Of a DNA stretch of 64,000 nucleotides, positions 38,177 to 47,756 are shown in pieces. The DNA lies in assembly GCA_027623195.1 (NCBI GenBank), contig JAQBUT010000003.1, forward strand, positions 64,001 through 128,000, written 5' to 3'. The stretch is from Chloroflexota bacterium (GTDB lineage Bacteria > Chloroflexota > Dehalococcoidia > Lucifugimonadales > JADFKI01). Position 1 is the first letter of the stretch. Every line of letters begins with the position of its first letter. A model generated the notes under the pieces. That model saw only the letters and a list, made by a program, of their open reading frames with translations, ran no database searches and had not been told where the DNA came from. Position numbers and translations under genes: made by a program.

Positions 38177-38226
38177 TACACGATTACTCTGAAACGCGAG
38201 TTCCTCTTTTACAAGGAGCGATCCAT

Positions 38227-38577
38227 ATGGCAACCACAAGACCAGCCCCGTTGACAATCTCTATAACACAAGAAGCTGCGGAACATGTGCGGACTTTTAC
38301 CAGGGACGCAGGCAAGCCCGACACCAACCTGCGTGTAGCAGTAAAGGGCGGCGGGTGTTCTGGCCTGACCTACGACCTGGAGATGGTCGACGGCCCAGGC
38401 GAAAACGATAAGGTCATCAGCGAGCACGGCGTAGAGCTTTATATAGACAAGAAGTCCTACGTGTTCCTGGCTGGAACCGTGCTAGATTACTCTGGCGGCT
38501 TGAACGGCAAAGGCTTCGTTTTCAACAATCCCAATGCCAAAACAACATGCGGCTGTGGGACGTCTTTTAGCGTATAG
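38227..38577 (+). CDS. A-type Fe-S carrier (IscA/SufA/ErpA, HesB family)
   Basis: VKGGGCSGLTY, FNNPNAKTTCGCGTSF. Confidence 0.95.
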   Translation: MATTRPAPLTISITQEAAEHVRTFTRDAGKPDTNLRVAVKGGGCSGLTYDLEMVDGPGENDKVISEHGVELYIDKKSYVFLAGTVLDYSGGLNGKGFVFNNPNAKTTCGCGTSFSV

Positions 38578-38627
38578 CTGCAACCGCCGTTGTGGCTGGT
38601 GTACCGATATCTATTGAATAAGCTATT

Positions 38628-38660
38628 GCAGCCGCTCCCACCGGAGCGGCTGTTTCCTTT
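38628..38660 (+). terminator. intrinsic terminator
   Basis: GCAGCCGCTCC-cacc-GGAGCGGCTGT plus TTCCTTT. Confidence 0.7.
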
Positions 38661-38675
38661 AGGAGAGCGCTGAAT

Positions 38676-39746
38676 ATGCTGGAAAGTCCAGTCTTGGAGG
38701 CCCGCAGACATGCAGGGGCTACCTTGGGTGAGGCGTTTGGCTGGAACCTGCCCAAAGCCTATTCCTCTGCGGCAAGCGAATATGCCGCCGTAACCCTGGG
38801 GGCCGCAATAGCTGATCGTTCCCACATCGGTCGCCTTCGAATTAACGGCAACGATGCTATTGACCTGCTGGACCGCCTCTCTACGAACCGTTTAGTGGAC
38901 CTGGAAGAGGGCCGTGTCATGGGAACTGTCCTCACCAACAACAAGGGCCGGATTATCGACCTGGTTTTGTTGCTGCGCCGCGCCGACCACCTGTTGGCGT
39001 TCACAGGGCCTGAGACGCGGCAGCGCGTGGCCGAGTGGATCGACTTTTACACCTTCTCAGAGGACGTGTCCGTGGTGGATGAGACTGAAAGCACTGCCAT
39101 GCTGTCCCTTTTGGGCCCTAACGCGGCAAATGCTGTTGAAGGGCTGGCTGATTTAGATCTGTACCAGTCTATGGAACTGGAAATAGGCGGCGTGAGGGCC
39201 ACGGTGGTACGGACAGACTTCGCTGGGCTGCCGGGTTACGACTTCGTGGTATCGTCCGCAGGCGGCGACGCGGTCTGGACGGCCCTTGTCGGCGAAGGCG
39301 CAGAGCCAGTGGGCACATCTGTGCTGGACCTGGTTCGCATCCAGAATGGCGTGCCGTCTTACGGCGCGGAGCTAATTGAAGACTACAATCCTCTGGAGGC
39401 AGGGCTGAAGGGCTTTATCAGCTTTAACAAGGGATGCTACATAGGCCAGGAGGTCGTAGCAAGGCTGGACACCTACGATAAGGTGCAAAGACACCTTGTC
39501 AGTCTATCCTGGAGCGGCGGGGCGGAGGTGGCCGTTGGAGCCCCTCTGTATGCCGATGGCAAGGAAGTGGGCACTGTGACCTCGCTATCGACGGATGCAC
39601 TGGTAGAAGGCGCATGCACGGGTCTCGGTTTCGTCAGAAAGGCGCTGGTTTCGGATGGAATTACTCTAAAATCTGATAGTGGAGTTGAAATCCAGGTCCG
39701 AGTTCTGTCTGACGTGCAGACCACTGCCGTGATTTCGAAAGAATAA
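38676..39746 (+). CDS. YgfZ/GcvT family folate-binding protein
   Basis: ISFNKGCYIGQEVVARL (YgfZ signature); adjacent to the A-type carrier. Confidence 0.9.
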   Translation: MLESPVLEARRHAGATLGEAFGWNLPKAYSSAASEYAAVTLGAAIADRSHIGRLRINGNDAIDLLDRLSTNRLVDLEEGRVMGTVLTNNKGRIIDLVLLLRRADHLLAFTGPETRQRVAEWIDFYTFSEDVSVVDETESTAMLSLLGPNAANAVEGLADLDLYQSMELEIGGVRATVVRTDFAGLPGYDFVVSSAGGDAVWTALVGEGAEPVGTSVLDLVRIQNGVPSYGAELIEDYNPLEAGLKGFISFNKGCYIGQEVVARLDTYDKVQRHLVSLSWSGGAEVAVGAPLYADGKEVGTVTSLSTDALVEGACTGLGFVRKALVSDGITLKSDSGVEIQVRVLSDVQTTAVISKE

Positions 39747-40321
39747 TGCACTACGTTTTCGATGTCGATGGAGTTCTTCTAAAGCCCTGGGTCTGGAGAG
39801 ACCACCTGATAATGGAGTACGGTCTCCTGCCGGAACAGACTCAAGAGTTCTTCAATGGGCCTTTCCTGGACTGTATTGTGGGTAAGGCGGATCTTTACCA
39901 GGTGCTTGAGCCGTTTCTCATAGGTTGGGGTTTCTCCTTGTCCACAAAGGAGTTCGTGGACCTCTGGTTAGAGACTGACTCTGAGGTAATCGAGTCCACA
40001 TTTAATTTCATCGAGGAGATTTCTGCCGGGGCCGATAGCCTCTCCATCGCCACTAACCAGGAGGCTTACAGAAGCAGGCACCTGTGGGAGAATGTGGGCC
40101 TCAAGGATATTTTTCAGCAGGCCTTCGTATCGTCTGATTTTGGTGTGAAGAAGCCTGTGCCGTCCTATTTCGAGAAGGTCCATGCTGCTCTCGGCGCGGA
40201 GCCGGACCAGATCGTGTTCATCGACGATAGCCAGAGGAACGTCGCGGCCGCCACTGCCATGGGATGGCGTGCAATACATTACCAGGACGAATCCTCCCTG
40301 GGCAAAATACCCCGGCCCTAG
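39746..40321 (+). CDS. HAD-superfamily phosphatase
   Basis: FDVDGVL, ATNQ, KKP, FIDDSQRNV. Confidence 0.9.
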   Translation: MHYVFDVDGVLLKPWVWRDHLIMEYGLLPEQTQEFFNGPFLDCIVGKADLYQVLEPFLIGWGFSLSTKEFVDLWLETDSEVIESTFNFIEEISAGADSLSIATNQEAYRSRHLWENVGLKDIFQQAFVSSDFGVKKPVPSYFEKVHAALGAEPDQIVFIDDSQRNVAAATAMGWRAIHYQDESSLGKIPRP

Positions 40322-40337
40322 CCTCTCTGAGCGTACT

Positions 40338-41090
40338 TTAGGCCAATAGCGCGCTGCCGCCGTCCACCACCAGCACCTGTCCCCGAATCATGGCCGCGTC
40401 CTCGGTGCAGAGGAAGGCCACCACCTTGGCGATATCCTCTGAGGTCACCATACGTCCCACGGGCGTCTTTTTGCCTGACTCCAACATTTCCTCGCGGTTT
40501 GGGAAGTGGTCCAACGCCCCCGTTTCCACGTAGCCGCCAGACACAGCGTTCACGGATATCCCTATTGGCGCTAGCTCCACGGCCAAGTAGCGAGTCAGGG
40601 CCTCCAGCGCCGCCTTAGACGTGCCCACCGAGAGATAGAACGGCAATACCCTCTGGGAACCCTGGGACGTGATGTTGACGATGCTTCCGCCGCTCTTCAT
40701 TAGGCGTGACGCCGCCACGGCGCATAGCCACGGGGCCTTGGCGTTGATGTTCATCGCCCAGTCCCAATGCTTCTCTTCAAGCTCAGAGGCTGATCTCTGG
40801 ACGCCGGACGCCGCATTGTTGACCAGGATATCCAGCCTGCCGAACTCGCTCTCTACCTGCGAAAAGAGCTCCTGTACCTTTTCGGAGTCTCCCAGATGCG
40901 CGCGTAATCGCAGGCAACGTACCCCCAGAGCCTCTATTTCCTGCTGGGTTTGCGCTGCCGACTCGTGGCTGCGGAGGTAATTGAAGGCGATGTCTGCGCC
41001 TCGCTCTGCGAACTCTAGCGCGATCGCCTTGCCTATACCCCGGGAACCGCCGGTTATGAGGGCCACCTTTCCCTTAAATGAATCTCCCAA
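40338..41090 (-). CDS. fabL: enoyl-ACP reductase FabL-like SDR
   Basis: TGGSRGIG, VNNAASGVQR, YLSVGTSKAALEALTRYLAVELAP, GALDHFPNREEML. Confidence 0.8.
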   Translation of the reverse strand: MGDSFKGKVALITGGSRGIGKAIALEFAERGADIAFNYLRSHESAAQTQQEIEALGVRCLRLRAHLGDSEKVQELFSQVESEFGRLDILVNNAASGVQRSASELEEKHWDWAMNINAKAPWLCAVAASRLMKSGGSIVNITSQGSQRVLPFYLSVGTSKAALEALTRYLAVELAPIGISVNAVSGGYVETGALDHFPNREEMLESGKKTPVGRMVTSEDIAKVVAFLCTEDAAMIRGQVLVVDGGSALLA

Positions 41091-41421
41091 TCTCGGACCT
41101 TTCTATTCTTAAGTGGAACGTGTTTGGGGCAAATCATTCCCCATATAGGTGGATACCATAGTGAGAACGTGGATGCAAGCACGTGTCGAGCCATCATAGG
41201 TCGGGGTGATGACCATTGGTTGCCTATACCGTGCCGTGAATTCTCCTGCGTGTCGCCCATACCCACTACGTACCCTAGGTAGCCCCTAGGACGGACCATG
41301 CAAACACTGTGAAAATGGGTTGCACACCTAACACAAACCAGCAAACCTTTCACAAACGTCGAGGCCGTATCGGAGGGGTATGGCCTAGTCATAGGATGAA
41401 GATCAGGAGGCAACAACTTAG

Positions 41422-41997
41422 ATGATAGGTTTCATGGATTACACCAGATGGATAGCCGCAGGCATCGCGCTTGTGGTTTTCGTAGTCAGCCAGACGGCTG
41501 TTCCCAACGACAACGTGAAGGCTTCGTTCGTAGATCAGCCTTTGCCGGCGTTCTCCGATACATACCTCGACCAGGCTTTGAATAGTACGGATGCTTCGAG
41601 CCTGGCGCCCCGGGTAAGCATTGAGAGCACCTCGGTAGCAGCCGGGAAGACCGTAAGCGTTCCAATTACGCTGTCCCACGCCCCCAACGGTCTGGCCGGA
41701 TATGAGCTGCGTGTCGACCTTGGCGCTGCTACTACGGCGCGTATCGTCAGCGTGGAGTTTCCCGAATTCGGCATGGTGTACGAGCAGCCTGGCTACGGGG
41801 ACAATGTTCGCCTGGCCGCGGCGGACCTGTACCACACCGCCGAGACAGATGACGTAAACGTCACACTAGCGGTGGTGAACCTTGAAGGAGTCTCTGCGGG
41901 CAGCGTGGGCGCCCACCTAACCATAATGCAAATCGACGATGATGAGGGGAATGCCATACCCATCAATGTGTCTTCCGGCACTGTCAGCGTGTACTGA
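41422..41997 (+). CDS. secreted cohesin-like beta-sandwich protein
   Basis: N-terminal TM; VPITLSHAPNGLAGYELRV...IDDDEG...SGTVSV; paralog of 14775. Confidence 0.72.
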   Translation: MIGFMDYTRWIAAGIALVVFVVSQTAVPNDNVKASFVDQPLPAFSDTYLDQALNSTDASSLAPRVSIESTSVAAGKTVSVPITLSHAPNGLAGYELRVDLGAATTARIVSVEFPEFGMVYEQPGYGDNVRLAAADLYHTAETDDVNVTLAVVNLEGVSAGSVGAHLTIMQIDDDEGNAIPINVSSGTVSVY

Positions 41998-42063
41998 TTG
42001 CTGACGCTAAATTATTTGGTAAACTTCGGGAGGTCTGATCCCTCCTGTTGATTACGCCCTCCT

Positions 42064-42100
42064 TGCCCACGTCGGTACCCCCTGGCGTGGGCACTTTTTT
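42064..42100 (+). terminator. intrinsic terminator
   Basis: TGCCCACGTCGG...CTGGCGTGGGCA plus T6. Confidence 0.75.
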
Positions 42101-42144
42101 GCCCTTGCCGCTCTCTCATAAAATAGTCGATTAGTAGGCTTAAG

Positions 42145-42214
42145 CCTTCGATCAGCCCCGGGAGAAACGAACGGGACATTGTTAATTTCGTTCGTGGTGA
42201 GCGGGTCGAACCAC
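42145..42214. repeat. degenerate REP-like inverted pair
   Basis: CCTTCGATCAGCCC...CGTTCGTGGTGAGCGGGTCGAACCAC, same family as 12947. Confidence 0.6.
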
Positions 42215-42315
42215 AGCTTCTACGAACAGCTTAAGGGACAGGAAGGTTCAGTCTCAATCTCATGCGTGGGTGAATAGCGGGGCCGTCCGATCGCATTGAA
42301 TGGCAAACGCGGTGG

Positions 42316-43068
42316 CTAGATCGCCATGCCGCCGTCGACGCTAATGACCTGACCGGTAACGTAGCTGGCCTTTTCGGAGACGAGATATGCCACCATGTTG
42401 GCTACATCTTCAGTCTCACCGAAATGACCTTGCGGAATCCACGTCATGATGCGGTCCTTCTGCTCTTTTGTGAGATTGGCCACGGTCTCCGTGCTTATAT
42501 ACCCGGGCGTTACCACGTTGACGGTAATGTTGCGGGTTGCCACTTCTTTAGCAAGGGACTTGGAAAATCCAAGGATTGCTGCTTTTGATGCGGAGTAGTT
42601 GGTTTGGCCGAAATTGCCCCTGATGCCGACTACCGACCCGATGTTGATTATCCTACCCCAGCGCTGGCGAACCATGCTACGAAGCACCGCGCGACTGCAA
42701 TAGAAGGTGCCATTCAGGTTCACCCCCATGACGCTGTGCCAGTCCTCGTCCGTCATTCGCAGCAGCAGGCCGTCGCTAATGATGCCCGCGTTATTCACGA
42801 GGATGTCCACCTGGCCCCATGCCTCGTTAATTTTGTTCACCATGGCCGTGACCTGTTCAAGGTCGCTCACGTCCGCACCAACTATGAGGGACTCGCCGCC
42901 GGCCTTACCAATCAGGTTCGCCACCTCCCGGGCCTCTGCTTCGGAGGACTTGTAGTTCACGGCTACCTTTACGCCCATGTCCGCTAGGGCCAGGCTTATG
43001 GCCTTCCCTATGCCTTTTGACGCGCCGGTCACAAGGGCTGTCTTTCCTTCTATATCAGATTTGCTCAA
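42316..43068 (-). CDS. fabG: 3-oxoacyl-ACP reductase
   Basis: TGASKGIG, VNNAGIISDGLLLRM, GQTNYSASKA, VTGQVISVDGG. Confidence 0.92.
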   Translation of the reverse strand: MSKSDIEGKTALVTGASKGIGKAISLALADMGVKVAVNYKSSEAEAREVANLIGKAGGESLIVGADVSDLEQVTAMVNKINEAWGQVDILVNNAGIISDGLLLRMTDEDWHSVMGVNLNGTFYCSRAVLRSMVRQRWGRIINIGSVVGIRGNFGQTNYSASKAAILGFSKSLAKEVATRNITVNVVTPGYISTETVANLTKEQKDRIMTWIPQGHFGETEDVANMVAYLVSEKASYVTGQVISVDGGMAI

Positions 43069-43110
43069 TTCGACTCCTGATCTGTCGACGGGAGGCCGGC
43101 CAAACGGACT

Positions 43111-44130
43111 CTATTCATTTACCAGGCCTCGCACCTGCGACAGTTCCTTATTTATCTTAGCGATGAAGCCGTTTTCCACGGCGAACTTCGCGGCGCCTAT
43201 GGCCCGCTTCACGGCACCGGCCCTGCCTGATCCATGTCCCACGATGCACACACCGTTAACACCTAGTATGGGGCCGCCGCCGTGGGTCTCGACGACGTTG
43301 TTCAAATCATACACATCCTGAATAATCTCATCGAGGTCGTGTTGGGACAGCTTTCCCGCCAGAGTTTTCCTCAGGTGGTCCGCAAGCGCTCCACCCAGTC
43401 CCTCTGTCAGCTTCATCACCACGTTGCCCACGAAGCCGTCACAGACAACGACTTCTGCCCTACCGTGAGGAATGTCGTTGGCTTCGATGTTACCGATGAA
43501 ATTAAGGCCACTCTTGGCTAGCAACTCCGACGCCTTCTGCACGAGGGAATTACCCTTGCCGGCCTCGGACCCGACGCTGAGAACCGCCACGCGAGGCCTC
43601 TCGATGTCCCAGAATTGTCGGGCAAAAACATCGCCTATTACTGCATAACTCAGGAGCTGGCTTGGCTTGCAGTCGACGTTGCTTCCCAGGTCGGCAATGA
43701 AAGTGTGTGGAGAAAGTCCGACGATGGGACCGCCAATGGAAGGGCGTTCCACTCCCTCGGACCTGCCCAGGACTACGGCTGCTGTAGCCATTGCGCCCCC
43801 TGTGGAGCCCATAGAGACAACCGCATCCGCGTGCCCCTGTTTGACCATTCCCGTGGCTACCAGTATCGAGGCCTTGGGCTTTTGCCTTAGCGCCAGCGCT
43901 GGAGGTTCACCCTCCACCAGGACTCCTTCGGACGGCACGATGCCAATCGGAAGGCCTTCAATGCTATATTTATCAAGTTCCGCCTGCACCTGCCCTGGGT
44001 CGCCCACAAGCGCCACCTGAATGCCGCCGCCTTTTACCGCCTCGATAGCTCCGGCTACCACTTCAGACGGGGCGAAATCTCCGCCCATGGCGTCGACAGC
44101 TATTCGACATAACCCGCTTTCAGTTGCCAA
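43111..44130 (-). CDS. plsX: phosphate acyltransferase
   Basis: IAVDAMGGDFAP, DLGSNVD, VCDGFVGNVVMK, GGPILGVNG...HG. Confidence 0.93.
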   Translation of the reverse strand: MATESGLCRIAVDAMGGDFAPSEVVAGAIEAVKGGGIQVALVGDPGQVQAELDKYSIEGLPIGIVPSEGVLVEGEPPALALRQKPKASILVATGMVKQGHADAVVSMGSTGGAMATAAVVLGRSEGVERPSIGGPIVGLSPHTFIADLGSNVDCKPSQLLSYAVIGDVFARQFWDIERPRVAVLSVGSEAGKGNSLVQKASELLAKSGLNFIGNIEANDIPHGRAEVVVCDGFVGNVVMKLTEGLGGALADHLRKTLAGKLSQHDLDEIIQDVYDLNNVVETHGGGPILGVNGVCIVGHGSGRAGAVKRAIGAAKFAVENGFIAKINKELSQVRGLVNE

Positions 44131-44160
44131 CTTGCTTTCCTCCTGTTGGGATTGTCGTCC

Positions 44161-44565
44161 CTACACCGCCGCCGTAGTGACTATCGCATCCCCTGTTATA
44201 GCTGCTTCCCCGTCCTGTTTTCGGATCTCCACCGCGCAAGTGACCTGCTCCCTGCCATCCACGATACGGACGCCCTTTACGGTGCCGCTGGTGGTAATCG
44301 TTTCGCCGGGAAACACTGGCGCACGGAAGCGCAGCTTGAGCCTACCAGCATTTAGCCAATCGGCCTCGAACGCCGCCGTCATCATTTCCGATATGGATGC
44401 TGCTATTAGCATGCCGTGGGCGATTCTGCGGCCGAACTGAGTCGTGGCAGCAAACTGTTCGTCAATGTGAATGGGGTTGTAATCACCGGACGCCTTGGCG
44501 TACCGCTCAACTTGATCTTGAGTTATGGTCCTTTGGACTATGGGCAGGGCTGTACCTGTCTGCAT
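44161..44565 (-). CDS. MaoC-family dehydratase (catalytic, HadB-like)
   Basis: YAKASGDYNPIH...IAHGM hydratase-2 motif. Confidence 0.9.
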   Translation of the reverse strand: MQTGTALPIVQRTITQDQVERYAKASGDYNPIHIDEQFAATTQFGRRIAHGMLIAASISEMMTAAFEADWLNAGRLKLRFRAPVFPGETITTSGTVKGVRIVDGREQVTCAVEIRKQDGEAAITGDAIVTTAAV

Positions 44566-44650
44566 GCTCAGTCCTTACGATTCAACCTTAAGTTTTATTT
44601 TAAAGTCATTTCCGGTTTTTTTCAGATTTGCTGAATGGGTTTGCTCAGGC

Positions 44651-45052
44651 CTAAGTTGGAAGCATGATGGTGCTCTTGCCGGTCATAACTTCCGTGCCGC
44701 CGTCTCCGGCCACCCGGATGTCCACAACCATGAAGCGCCAGTCCCCACGGGTTGAGTTCCCCACAAGCCTGGCCGTACATTCCAAAGCCGCGCCCACAAC
44801 CACCGCCTTTGGAAACTCCAACTCCTGGCTGGCGTGCACGGCGCCACCGGGTATCTGCAAGTCGCTGATCACTCCGCCCAGGCTCAGGGCTGCAATAGCC
44901 ATAGGCGGCACCAGCCTCACGCCGTCCGCGTTATAAACAACGTTTGCGTCTGCGACCGCGTCGGCATACCTGTCTACGGATTCTTCATCCAGAACGAGGG
45001 TACGGCTGGAGATTTCGTCGCCGGGGGCCAGTTTGGCGTAGTCTACGGGCAT
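44651..45052 (-). CDS. hotdog-fold MaoC N-type subunit (HadA-like)
   Basis: YADAVADAN...VPPMA...VHASQELEF; lacks the D-x4-H motif. Confidence 0.8.
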   Translation of the reverse strand: MPVDYAKLAPGDEISSRTLVLDEESVDRYADAVADANVVYNADGVRLVPPMAIAALSLGGVISDLQIPGGAVHASQELEFPKAVVVGAALECTARLVGNSTRGDWRFMVVDIRVAGDGGTEVMTGKSTIMLPT

Positions 45053-45326
45053 GGATCACCATTTTAAGCGCCGGTGTTTTCTGTTTTGTTGGCCACTGGG
45101 CCAAAATGATTATAGATGCGCGATTGCGCCAAATCAATGAAAATCCGGTCTATACACTGCTTTAACAGGGCGATGTAGTCCAAAAGAAAGTCTCGTAGCT
45201 AAATTTGCCTTTAAATGCCCATGGGATGCGGGCTACGACGGCTGCTGATTCAGGAATTGTCATTCATCAGGAATTGGTGGTAATCTTTACGAGCCAAAAT
45301 CCTATCCTGGAGGGCTTCCTTAGAGC

Positions 45327-46895
45327 ATGAACACCACGGAGTTCCTGAGCATTTCGTCTCTAATTGTACCTGACCGCGAGGCGTTGATATTCGAGGATAA
45401 GCGCATCACCTATTTGGAGTTGCAGAGCCGTGTCAACAGGCTAGCAAACTCATTGGCAGCGCTCGGCGTTGGTCCGGGGGATAGGGTGGCCACGCTACAG
45501 GTCAATTGCAACGAATATATAGAAGCCTACTTCGCAACCGCCAAACTCGATGCGGTTTACGTGCCGATGAATTTCCGAGCCCGTGCTGACGAGCTTGCTT
45601 ACATGATCAACGATGCTGGGCCCAAGGTCGTAATGGTCGGCGCAAGGTACGTGGATCTGGTGAAGGAGTGCTCCAAAGAAGTTGACTGCGTGGAGAACTA
45701 CGTAGCTCTTGAAGATCCCGTTGAGGGATGGCAGCACTATGATTCCTTGCTGGAAGCGGGTGAGGATGAGGAGCGCTTCCCGGAGGCGGACGCTGACGAC
45801 CTGACGATCATCATGTTCACGGCGGGTACCACCGGCTCTCCCAAAGGCGTGATGCTAAGCCACGACAGCTTCTCGTCTTATATTCTAAGCAACGTTACGC
45901 CCGCCGACCCTGATGCAGATGACAGGAACATCATTACGGTGCCCCTGTACCACATTGCCGGGGTGCAGGCGGTGATGGCGGCCATTTACGGCGGACGTCG
46001 ACTGATAATTCAACGCCAATTCAACGCGGTGGAGTGGATGAGCCTGGTGGCGAAAGAGCGGGCCAACCGCGCCATGATGGTTCCCACTATGCTGAAGATG
46101 CTGATGGATAGCCCTGAGTTTCATCAGCATGACCTTAGCAGCCTGGAGGTTATAACCTACGGCGCTGCCCCTATGCCCCTGGAGGTCATCAAGCGGGCCA
46201 TAGCGGAGTTTCCCGGCACGCACTTCATTAATGCCTTTGGTCAGACGGAGACGGCGGCGACTATAACCATGCTTCCTCCCGATGCCCACATCTTGGACGG
46301 TACCGACGAGGAGAACGAGATAAAGCTGAAGCGCCTGTCGTCTATAGGCAAGCCACTGGATGATGTTGAAGTGCAGATTTTCGATGAGGACGGCGCCCCC
46401 GTTGTCGTTGGAGAGGTTGGGGAAATCGCTGCGCGGGGTAGTCGCCTGATGAAGGGCTACTGGCATCAGGAAAGCGCCACCGCTGAGACTATTCGAGGTG
46501 GCTGGCTTTTCACCGGGGACCTAGGTTACGAGGACGACGAAGGCTACATATTCCTTGCCGGACGAGCCAAGGACTTCATCAAGCGTGGTGGCGAGATGAT
46601 CTCCCCCGAAGAGGTGGAGCAGGTACTGCAGTCCCACCCTGCGGTGGACGAGGCGGCTATTATCGGCGTGACCGACGTGGACTGGGGCGAGCGAGTGCGC
46701 GCAATTGTGGTTTTGAAGAACGGTCAGACAGCGGGGGAGGACGAGATAATCGAGTTCTGCCGTCAGCGTCTGTCCAGCTACAAAAAGCCCGAGTCTGTGG
46801 TCTTCATCGATGAGCTACCGCGCAACCCACTGGGCAAAGTCCTGAAACGCGTTCTACGCGAGGAGCATGACTACCCTGTTGAGGCGGGCGGGTAG
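45327..46895 (+). CDS. long-chain acyl-CoA synthetase (AMP-forming)
   Basis: FTAGTTGSPKG, NAFGQTE, GWLFTGD, LPRNPLGKV. Confidence 0.93.
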   Translation: MNTTEFLSISSLIVPDREALIFEDKRITYLELQSRVNRLANSLAALGVGPGDRVATLQVNCNEYIEAYFATAKLDAVYVPMNFRARADELAYMINDAGPKVVMVGARYVDLVKECSKEVDCVENYVALEDPVEGWQHYDSLLEAGEDEERFPEADADDLTIIMFTAGTTGSPKGVMLSHDSFSSYILSNVTPADPDADDRNIITVPLYHIAGVQAVMAAIYGGRRLIIQRQFNAVEWMSLVAKERANRAMMVPTMLKMLMDSPEFHQHDLSSLEVITYGAAPMPLEVIKRAIAEFPGTHFINAFGQTETAATITMLPPDAHILDGTDEENEIKLKRLSSIGKPLDDVEVQIFDEDGAPVVVGEVGEIAARGSRLMKGYWHQESATAETIRGGWLFTGDLGYEDDEGYIFLAGRAKDFIKRGGEMISPEEVEQVLQSHPAVDEAAIIGVTDVDWGERVRAIVVLKNGQTAGEDEIIEFCRQRLSSYKKPESVVFIDELPRNPLGKVLKRVLREEHDYPVEAGG

Positions 46896-46909
46896 GGCAA
46901 TACGTCCTT

Positions 46910-47584
46910 TTACCCGATGATTCCTAGAACATAGGGAGCAGCTTGAGTCGCCGCACTCACTAGACCGGCCACTGATGACGCCTTCTGTATGGAGTCCCAT
47001 AAGGCCGCGACAACGGAAACGTTCGGCTGAGACTTTGCCAGTTGGACCTGTAAACTGGCGATGTCGGAAGTGATGCTCAACTTATCACTGTCGTCTAGTT
47101 CATCAGATTGGGTTACGGCGTCCCGCAGATTCGACAGAGCTTGACCGGCGTTTTCGAATCGTGCGTCGACCACATTACCGTTCCCTATATTGACTATGTT
47201 CTGACCTGTGAGATCGATATTTATTCCCGCAAACCTGTCATTCGTAAATTCGCCGGGGCCTTCGATCTTGTCAATTCCCGCAGCAGTAATTATGTAGTAT
47301 TCGGTCTTGGATGGTATGGTCATGCCGTTCTCGGTCTGAAATTGTTTCTCGACCACATCAGTCTTGACCCACTCTTGATCCAGCAAGTAAGTGAGATTGC
47401 TTTGGACATCTTGTACGGTAAGCCCGTGCATTTCCTTCAAATCGGCCTTAAAAGCTTTTATGGTAGTCGCAGCACCGTTTCTTTTGCCACGTCGGCTATT
47501 TGCGTTCTTGTTCCGGTTGTAGAAATACCTCAAAATTAGATCCCTTGTCTCGTCGTTGGTACGTGCAGTGTTAATCTTTGGCAT
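46910..47584 (-). CDS. hypothetical protein (possible N-terminal winged helix), lower GC
   Basis: 224-aa ORF with GGGAG RBS and AT-rich upstream; NLTYLLDQEWV...YIITAAGID wHTH-like pattern. Confidence 0.7.
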   Translation of the reverse strand: MPKINTARTNDETRDLILRYFYNRNKNANSRRGKRNGAATTIKAFKADLKEMHGLTVQDVQSNLTYLLDQEWVKTDVVEKQFQTENGMTIPSKTEYYIITAAGIDKIEGPGEFTNDRFAGINIDLTGQNIVNIGNGNVVDARFENAGQALSNLRDAVTQSDELDDSDKLSITSDIASLQVQLAKSQPNVSVVAALWDSIQKASSVAGLVSAATQAAPYVLGIIG

Positions 47585-47756
47585 ATATTTCTCCCATTAT
47601 TCCCTACGAACTAACGTACTGGTGCATTTATTTAATTGTACGGGAGGGAATGGGCAAAACAGGTGAAATAATTACGGTTATCCTCATTATTTTGCGTTGA
47701 AAAGGGGTTACGGCTTCATGTGGCTCCCGTTTTCGAACGGTTTTTGGAGCATATGG

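Noticed and set aside
41290..41335. c-di-GMP-I riboswitch-like GCAAAC...GAAA upstream of the cohesin-like gene
   Set aside because: The P2 stem and GACGCAAAGC-type elements are not convincingly present; needs an Infernal search
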